Source of the DNA: Amoeboradix gromovi X-113 | Lineage: Eukaryota > Fungi > Sanchytriomycota | NCBI GenBank assembly: GCA_018985225.1 | Contig: JADGIF010000408.1 | Coordinates: 1 to 9,177, forward strand | DNA: 9,177 nt | Direction of reading: 5' to 3' | In this document: piece by piece, positions 1-6,019 of the stretch | How the letters are laid out: every line of letters starts with the position of its first letter | Numbering within the stretch: position 1 is the first letter of the stretch | Made by a program: the position numbers and the translations under genes | The notes under the pieces: generated by a model | Told to the model about the DNA's origin: nothing | Database searches by the model: none | What the model saw: the letters and a program-made list of their open reading frames with translations, nothing else

Positions 1-1
1 T

Positions 2-103
2 GCGTCACAGAATGTTTCACTTTGGGTTTTAGGAATTGTATTTGGTACAATTCTTAGTTTTCTCTCATTGATTTGCTTACCTGCCATGTTTATAAATGAT
101 TAG
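2..103 (+). CDS. Probable 3' end of a membrane-protein gene entering from the left edge
   Basis: The frame is open from the window edge: ASQNVSLWVLGIVFGTILSFLSLICLPAMFIND*. It contains a ~22-aa hydrophobic segment, and TAG 101-103 is followed by AATAAA at 111-116, as in the other genes here. A competing minus-strand ORF (ATG at 87, MAGKQINERKLRIVP...) is also open to the edge. Confidence 0.4.
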   Translation, partial: ASQNVSLWVLGIVFGTILSFLSLICLPAMFIND

Positions 104-151
104 ATAGTTCAATAAATAGTGTAGACATGATCCATTGTAGTTCCTGTGCGA

Positions 152-249
152 TTTATCGCTTCCAAGATGAAAACAATTGGCGCTAATGCATGAAAACCAC
201 GTTGTACTTCACTCTTCAACTAAACCATTCTTGTCTTGGAAGCGATAAA
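152..249. repeat. Perfect 16-bp inverted repeat with 66-nt spacer
   Basis: TTTATCGCTTCCAAGA at 152-167 and its exact reverse complement TCTTGGAAGCGATAAA at 234-249. Confidence 0.9.
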
Positions 250-883
250 CCTGCAGAGTTACTCCTTCACCATCTAGTGGACAAATACCTCTGTAGCCAC
301 CCAAGCAGTGTTGTGATCACACTCGTCAATCCTTTATTTTATGAACCGCTGGGGTCTGTCAAAGATTCTAAAATAAACAGTTGTTTAACTAATGGTGTGA
401 TTTTTGTGCTGTTTTTGTGTACACTTTGTAATGTAACTAATTTCAGATACCGGATCACTTGGAGTCAAGGGAGATGGCTATTATAGATCAGATAAAGAGC
501 AAGTATAATCGACTATAATTAGTTTAGAGCGTTGAGTTAAAATTAAGTGCTGAAACTTTTCTGACACTTCATTTGCGAAAACAAAGTGAAAGCTAACAAT
601 AGTCTGGATAACATATCCCAAGTTGTCTACACGTCAGAAATATGAGTTCCGATTTATTCTTATCGCCGCAGTTGATGTGGCGTTTTCCGTCTAATTCATC
701 TTTATGGACTTTGTTTGCTTTCTTGGCTTTTGTCATTTTCGCTTGGTTCTTTAACTTGTTGAATCTATTAACATCACATAGAATTTGGCTTTCCAAATAT
801 GAAGGTGGCTAACTGATGGCTTTACACATCCAATTAGAAACAAGGAGACTACTATAAATTCTGAGCCATCAATTCTCGAAAAA

Positions 884-1159
884 ATGTTTCAACTGTTTTT
901 AGTAGCAGTAGTTTTAGCCAATTTTTACCCTGGATCCAACACCAGAAGACCGGGTGGTAGAAGGATGAACTTAGGAGAACCCTCAACATTTCAACTGACC
1001 AGCGATCATCCAGCGCTCAACATGGGTTCAGATGAAAATGTGGACCATTACTGCGATGTGTGGAGAACGTATTACAACTCCAATGGTCTTGAACTTGGAA
1101 CCGCGCAAGATATTTGGTTCAGGGAGTGCTTAAGAATGCATAATTGGATTTCTGATTAA
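884..1159 (+). CDS. Small secreted protein (91 aa), unknown function, effector-like
   Basis: Short hydrophobic N-terminus MFQLFLVAVVLA, two RR dibasic sites and two Cys. AAAAATG start context, TATAAA ~30 nt upstream (853-858) and AATAAA at 1164-1169 just after the TAA. Confidence 0.7.
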   Translation: MFQLFLVAVVLANFYPGSNTRRPGGRRMNLGEPSTFQLTSDHPALNMGSDENVDHYCDVWRTYYNSNGLELGTAQDIWFRECLRMHNWISD

Positions 1160-1204
1160 GTTGAATAAATGATTATATACCGAATTCTTTATTTAAGCGT
1201 AGAA

Positions 1205-2221
1205 CTATCTTATGCAGCATTCAGCACAATCGCAGTTAAACCTATACATCTCATAATTGTATGCTGCCTTGTCTTTAGATTCATTGTAAGAGATGCAAAT
1301 CTCCTCACCTTTTTCAATATTTCTGATTGCAATTACTTCAACCTTGGAATCTTGGTGATCCCTTTCATTTAAATTTGTAAATTGACACTGCGCATTTGGG
1401 TTACAGCTATGGTTAAGCATAGCATGTGTCTCGTATATAGCCGTACCTTCGCAATGCGTAAATTCAGAGTACTCAATCTGCAATTCAGATGAGATTTCTT
1501 CCAGAACTTCATCCTGAAAATTAGCCATAATTCGTAAAGCATCCAAAGGGGAAGTACCGCAGCCTTGACCATTTAGCGCACACGCTAATATAATTGATCG
1601 AAAGCAGCCAGAGCTGAACGTTATTGGGTAGCCTAAAAGTAAAAAGCATCCTTCGTGAGCTGCATTTTCACACAACTCTAAATAACGCGTATATTGAGCA
1701 TTAGTGACATGGTCTAACACGTCTTGTTCATTTTTTTCACTGCCAATGTCATGTAAGAAATGACTGACTTTGGATTCCTTGAAAGCAACTTCAATATTTT
1801 CATTCTTTAAAATGAGATCAAAATAGATCTTTAAAGGAAGTTCTGGAGTAGTCCATTCTGGTAGGCCATGTACTAGAGTCCACCACTTCATAAGATCCTC
1901 AAAAGCAGTATTTCCACAAAAGGCTTTGTGGGTTGCGTCCTGCTTCATGTGATCACCACAACAATATTGTAGATGACACTTAACACATTCTGTCACTTCC
2001 ATACACTGTTCATACTCGGTGTCTGCATTGATCATTTTCTTCAAATACTTGTTTATGTGTTGTATTGGTGCCAAGCAGAGTGGGCACGCTGGAAAGTAGA
2101 TTTTGTTTTGAGGATATTGTGAAATATATAATGGATCCTCTGAGAGTATTAGAGTTCCACTTTCGATATTCTCGTTGGCTTTCAGCCCTCGACCTTTTGA
2201 TGAATTGGCAACGGAAAACAT
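1205..2221 (-). CDS. SMYD5: SET and MYND domain lysine methyltransferase, SMYD5-like (338 aa)
   Basis: N-terminal SET motif KGRGL, MYND-type CPLC...CVKC..YCC...H...C, SMYD5-typical FRS....NGQGCGTS and EF.HCEG, SAM-binding NHSCNPN, GEEICISY and post-SET CDCAEC. The ORF-track start at 2278 is TTG directly after an in-frame TAG. The first ATG (2221, MFSVANSSKGRG) fits the family N-terminus and has CCAATTATAAAA ~40 nt upstream. Confidence 0.85.
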   Translation of the reverse strand: MFSVANSSKGRGLKANENIESGTLILSEDPLYISQYPQNKIYFPACPLCLAPIQHINKYLKKMINADTEYEQCMEVTECVKCHLQYCCGDHMKQDATHKAFCGNTAFEDLMKWWTLVHGLPEWTTPELPLKIYFDLILKNENIEVAFKESKVSHFLHDIGSEKNEQDVLDHVTNAQYTRYLELCENAAHEGCFLLLGYPITFSSGCFRSIILACALNGQGCGTSPLDALRIMANFQDEVLEEISSELQIEYSEFTHCEGTAIYETHAMLNHSCNPNAQCQFTNLNERDHQDSKVEVIAIRNIEKGEEICISYNESKDKAAYNYEMYRFNCDCAECCIR

Positions 2222-2603
2222 TCTCCAAGTTTGATCCGTTTCACACTCCTGTATTTTATAATTGGACCTGTCAAACAACTAGATAGGTTGTAGCAAAGAT
2301 CCCCAAGTAGAGCTAGTAATGTATAGAATTATCATAAATAATCTTCCATCCCGTAGATGACGACTTCTTGACAATTCCTCTTCTTCGCGGCGTTCGCCAT
2401 CGCCCATAGGCATTCTCTGGCTTGAAAACTGTCATATACATACGTGTCAAAAAGTGATTACGCCACAGTGGTGCAATGACATAACCTTTAGCTACTAATA
2501 TATTGTTCCCGGCACACTTCTTATAGAGCATATTTCAACTTTTGTTTCTGTAAATGCCGGCACCTCGTTTCACTATTTATCCACGCTTTTATGGTTTTTA
2601 CTT

Positions 2604-2877
2604 TGGACACCAAATATAAAAACTAGACCAAGTCGTCTTTAAAGAAAGTGCTCCATAAGGAGGAAATGCTATTATTAATAAAAGTCCTTCTTCTGTCAAA
2701 CCAATTTTCTTTCATTAATGCCATTCCCCTCTTTAGAATAAAACGAGATTTATACTAAAATAATTTACTTAGACCAGTCAGATTAATTTAACTTACCACT
2801 GTTTAATACACACTAGAAATAACGATTCAAACTGCTTCAGAAAGTTAATCTAGTCTAGTCTTTATATTTGATGTCCC
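2604..2877. mobile_element. Putative MITE-like element (274 bp) with imperfect 27-bp terminal inverted repeats
   Basis: Left end TGGACACCAAATATAAAAACTAGACCA (2604-2630) versus right end reverse-complemented GGGACATCAAATATAAAGACTAGACTA (2877-2851): 23/27 identical. ACTT flanks both sides (2600-2603, 2878-2881). There is no long internal ORF, and the same motif recurs at 8058-8155. Confidence 0.5.
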
Positions 2878-3050
2878 ACTTGTTTAATTCTGGTCTAGTA
2901 AGAAGCATTTTTAGACCTTTTTTGCAAAAAATCAATAGTTAGTAACAACCAGTTTTGGTGTAATGTATCGATCATAAATTTGGAAGATTTCCGCTTTACA
3001 ACTTGCATTTTTTGAAACTTTTGTTTTAGTTTTTCTAATTTTTGAAGAGC

Positions 3051-4385
3051 ATGTCCCATTTAATGGATAATTTCATCCAACTCGCCCATGTTTTCGGCTG
3101 TCTAATGAAAAAGGATCAATGGTTTGCATGCCCGTTTGCAATACATCCTTATATAATTAAAAAGGAAGAATATGAACACATTTTGGCCATACAACCAACA
3201 ATTCAAAAACTAAAATTCCTATTGATCAATGACGAATATTACTTGAACGAATTAAACGCTTTAAATGACGACTTTATTTCTAATTTATTATCATGTCGTA
3301 AACAAAAGTTATATGAATTTGGAATAATTCGCAGTGATTATATTGATAATGGCACTTTAAAAAATGTAGAAACTAACTGTATTGCTAGCAGTTTTAGCTG
3401 CCTTAGCAATAACATCACTAAAATACATCAGTTCTGCCATCAAACTGTTGTTCCAAACAACTGCGTCCTGCCTCAAGCTTTAAACGAAGCATGCAGGCTT
3501 TATGATGAGCGCTGCACCCCATCTGACCTACAGGTATTTAAATCTCTTGTTAGTTGTTCTACGGCCGCTTCTGGTAAATGTATTTTAATGATTATTCAGC
3601 CAAACGAGTCCAATATTTCTGATCAACTTGGTTTGCAAAATGGTTTAGAGTATCCGCTCTTTCGAATAACATTTGACCAGGTGTTTGACTTGAAAATATG
3701 CGATTCGACTTTGATTTATTTGAATTATAAAGTTGCGGTAGTTTACTATCGAGCAGGGTATACTCCAAATGACTACCCCACAAGTAAGCAACTTGAAGCT
3801 AGACGTATACTAGAGCATAGCAATGCTATTAACTGTCCTTCTATTTCTCTACAACTGATGGGATTAAAGAAGATTCAGCAATTAACAAGCCATAAAGATG
3901 TTTTATTAAAACATATAAGTACGGAAGAAGCTAAAAACTTGAGTGGCACTTTTATGGGGCTATTTACCATGGACCAAGATACAGAGCAAGGTAAGCTGGC
4001 TTACAGTTTGCTGGTTGCGAATCCTGATAATTTTGTTTTGAAACCACAGCGAGAGGGTGGGTCGAATAATTACTATGGAGAGAAAATAATTGAGCATTTA
4101 AGTTCCATCAGTAAGCAAGAATACAAAAAGTACATACTGATGGAGAAAATTGTTAGTTTCCACCAACCAAATACGCTGATTCGTTATGTAAATGGAAATT
4201 ATACAAAGATAGATGGAAACTGTATCAGTGAGATTGGTGTCTATGGCTACTTTATAAGTAAGAACAAAGAGATGTTGCGCAACGAGGTCGGAGGGTATCT
4301 GGTGAGAACTAAATTGGTCGGCACTAACGAGGGAGGAGTGGCTACGGGCTACAGCTATTTGAATGCATTGCAATTTGAAAAATAA
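3051..4385 (+). CDS. GSH2: Glutathione synthetase, eukaryotic type (ATP-grasp), 444 aa
   Basis: Family motifs GIIRSDY, VETNCIASSF, VVYYRAGYTPNDY, CPSI..QL.G.KKIQQ, FVLKPQREGG.NN.YG, YILMEKI, SEIGVYG, GYLVRTK and EGGVATG. The ORF-track start at 3042 is TTG, and the first ATG is at 3051. Confidence 0.96.
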   Translation: MSHLMDNFIQLAHVFGCLMKKDQWFACPFAIHPYIIKKEEYEHILAIQPTIQKLKFLLINDEYYLNELNALNDDFISNLLSCRKQKLYEFGIIRSDYIDNGTLKNVETNCIASSFSCLSNNITKIHQFCHQTVVPNNCVLPQALNEACRLYDERCTPSDLQVFKSLVSCSTAASGKCILMIIQPNESNISDQLGLQNGLEYPLFRITFDQVFDLKICDSTLIYLNYKVAVVYYRAGYTPNDYPTSKQLEARRILEHSNAINCPSISLQLMGLKKIQQLTSHKDVLLKHISTEEAKNLSGTFMGLFTMDQDTEQGKLAYSLLVANPDNFVLKPQREGGSNNYYGEKIIEHLSSISKQEYKKYILMEKIVSFHQPNTLIRYVNGNYTKIDGNCISEIGVYGYFISKNKEMLRNEVGGYLVRTKLVGTNEGGVATGYSYLNALQFEK

Positions 4386-4434
4386 ACTTTGTAAAACTAT
4401 TCGTTACTTCATGTTATTGAGTGCTACACGACTC

Positions 4435-4444
4435 AAAATAAAAA
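4435..4444 (-). terminator. RNA polymerase III oligo-T terminator of tRNA-Pro
   Basis: TTTTTATTTT immediately 3' of the tRNA discriminator base on the minus strand. Confidence 0.75.
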
Positions 4445-4515
4445 GGGGAAATCCCGGAATCGAACCGAGGGCACTTGCACCCAAAGCAAGAATGTTACCA
4501 CTACACCAATTTCCC
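4445..4515 (-). tRNA. tRNA-Pro, anticodon TGG, intronless, 71 nt, no encoded CCA
   Basis: The reverse complement folds as GGGAAAT TG GTGT AGTGGTA ACAT T CTTGC TTTGGGT GCAAG TGCC CTCGG TTCGATT CCGGG ATTTCCC C. All four stems pair, the discriminator is C as in eukaryotic tRNA-Pro, and A/B boxes are present. Confidence 0.97.
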
Positions 4516-4747
4516 ATAATGTGATAATTAGTCATAAGATTTATATTTCCTAAGAATGCTGTAATGGTTAGCAATGGGGACTACCCTAAGATTAAAAATT
4601 AAACGCTTTAATAAACATTTTTATGATTTTCTACGAAATGTGGAGTGACTAAGTACCGTCTTCATCATGGTAGAGTATTAAGACAAACCAGTTTAAAGTT
4701 CGCGAATCGCTTAATTATTTTTAGTAAATTGCGCAATTCTAAACATC

Positions 4748-5866
4748 ATGAAAGTAGCTCTGGCAATAGGATATTTGGCTCTCGCCTATTCGTCTTTTAC
4801 TTATCGTAAAGAAGAGTATAAATGTGGAGACGGCGAAATCGACTTGGACGAAAATTACTTGGACTATGCAAGAAGATACATAAATGGAAATAGTGTACTA
4901 AAAGTATCACCAATTTCTAGTATGAGTGAGGGTGGATTTACATCAAGTTCTTTGAGCATGACTGGTGTTACTTTACCTATCTCTAATCCAGTGGCAGTTC
5001 CAATTGATTTTAAAAAATATTATAGCGACATCAATAAGGTGATCATCTTAATGGAACCTGGTGCTATATTACGTAGAATGTCATTTAATGTGTATTACAA
5101 TTTTTTTGGCAGTGATGTTGCGTCTTGTAACCGGGGATTGGAGTCACTCAAGTCACTCAAAAGAGATGTCAAGTCTGTTTTACAAGATGCAAATATAGGA
5201 TTCACGCTTAAGTTTATTGACTATGGTAGACAAATTGAATTTACTGAGATAGTATTGATTCTCGAACAATTAAGGTCAAAAATAGACAAGGATCATGTAC
5301 TACATGAATTCTGCCAGTCACCTATGCATTCACGCTTTAAAGACATGGATTACATTCTTGTTCTGATAGAGTCAAGTCTCAGTGATACTAATCAGCACAA
5401 ATTAGCTATAGTTTCCGAGGCATCTCTTCAATTAATCTCAGTCGGTTCAAGAGATCTTCAAAAATTTCATAATCTTATTTCAGAGTTAATTCAACTAAAC
5501 AGGGGTGATGAGCAAACTGGCAGTCGCATTTTGGAAAATTGCTTGCTAAAAACTTATGAAAATACCAACAAATTGTTTATATATAAGAACTTCGAGTGCG
5601 TGGATCGCAATGAGAAATTGAATGAGATCCGTCAAAAGCATGTGAGAGCACAGAAAGAACAGGAATCGCGCTTAAGAAGACTCCGTGAGGAAGAACTTGC
5701 TGAACAAACAAAAAGAAACCAAGAAGTTTTATTGCAAAGATATAAAAATGCAAAAAATGCAGAAAAAAAGGAACGGAGAGCACTAACAGATACTTGGGGG
5801 TTTGATCCTGATGAACAAGCAGCACTTTTGCTAGCTATCCAATTGCAGCAAGAAATGCAAGCATAG
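4748..5866 (+). CDS. Secreted hypothetical protein (372 aa): signal peptide, alpha/beta domain (possibly degenerate reprolysin-like), charged coiled coil, C-terminal UIM/MIU-like helix
   Basis: Long ORF with an MKVALAIGYLALAYS signal-like N-terminus, an E/K/R/Q-rich helix at aa ~286-345 and terminal DEQAALLLAIQLQQE. AATAAA at 5867-5872 directly follows the TAG. The domain assignment is by eye only. Confidence 0.8.
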   Translation: MKVALAIGYLALAYSSFTYRKEEYKCGDGEIDLDENYLDYARRYINGNSVLKVSPISSMSEGGFTSSSLSMTGVTLPISNPVAVPIDFKKYYSDINKVIILMEPGAILRRMSFNVYYNFFGSDVASCNRGLESLKSLKRDVKSVLQDANIGFTLKFIDYGRQIEFTEIVLILEQLRSKIDKDHVLHEFCQSPMHSRFKDMDYILVLIESSLSDTNQHKLAIVSEASLQLISVGSRDLQKFHNLISELIQLNRGDEQTGSRILENCLLKTYENTNKLFIYKNFECVDRNEKLNEIRQKHVRAQKEQESRLRRLREEELAEQTKRNQEVLLQRYKNAKNAEKKERRALTDTWGFDPDEQAALLLAIQLQQEMQA

Positions 5867-6019
5867 AATAAAAAATTGAACATAAATTTACTTTGCCATT
5901 ACTTCTCAATTATAGGCATACTTCCGTGAAAGATAACTAGCTTTGACAGATCAACTAAGTGACTAGAATGCAGCGTACTACAATATATGACAAAGTGTAT
6001 CTAACGTAAGTTTATTTAT

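Noticed and set aside
190-486. 98-aa plus-strand ORF
   Set aside because: No recognisable motif, no AATAAA at the stop, and it spans an arm of the inverted repeat. Cannot be supported as a gene.
593-812. 67-aa minus ORF and overlapping 56-aa hydrophobic plus ORF (642-812)
   Set aside because: The minus ORF starts at TTG after a nearby stop. Each may be the antisense shadow of the other and neither has family motifs. Possible pseudogene debris, unresolved.
1169-2286. Short ORFs 1169-1372, 1369-1572, 2010-2228 and 2065-2286
   Set aside because: Shadow frames overlapping the well-supported SMYD gene.
2313-2531. 72-aa basic minus-strand ORF
   Set aside because: No motif and no poly(A) signal at the stop. 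Length is compatible with chance.
2656-2668. Perfect Shine-Dalgarno-like TAAGGAGG before an ATG
   Set aside because: Only 2 nt of spacing, and the context is eukaryotic.
2640-2765. U6 snRNA-like words (GTGCTC, TATACTAAAAT), an FPPYG peptide echoing Tc1 LPPYSP, and an INERKL peptide shared with 55-72
   Set aside because: No ACAGAGA box or U6 spacing. The peptide matches are too short and do not extend.
3534-3553. 20-nt GT-AG segment (CAG|GTATTT...TTAG) within glutathione synthetase
   Set aside because: Removal would frameshift an intact conserved ORF. It also shows that such segments arise by chance.
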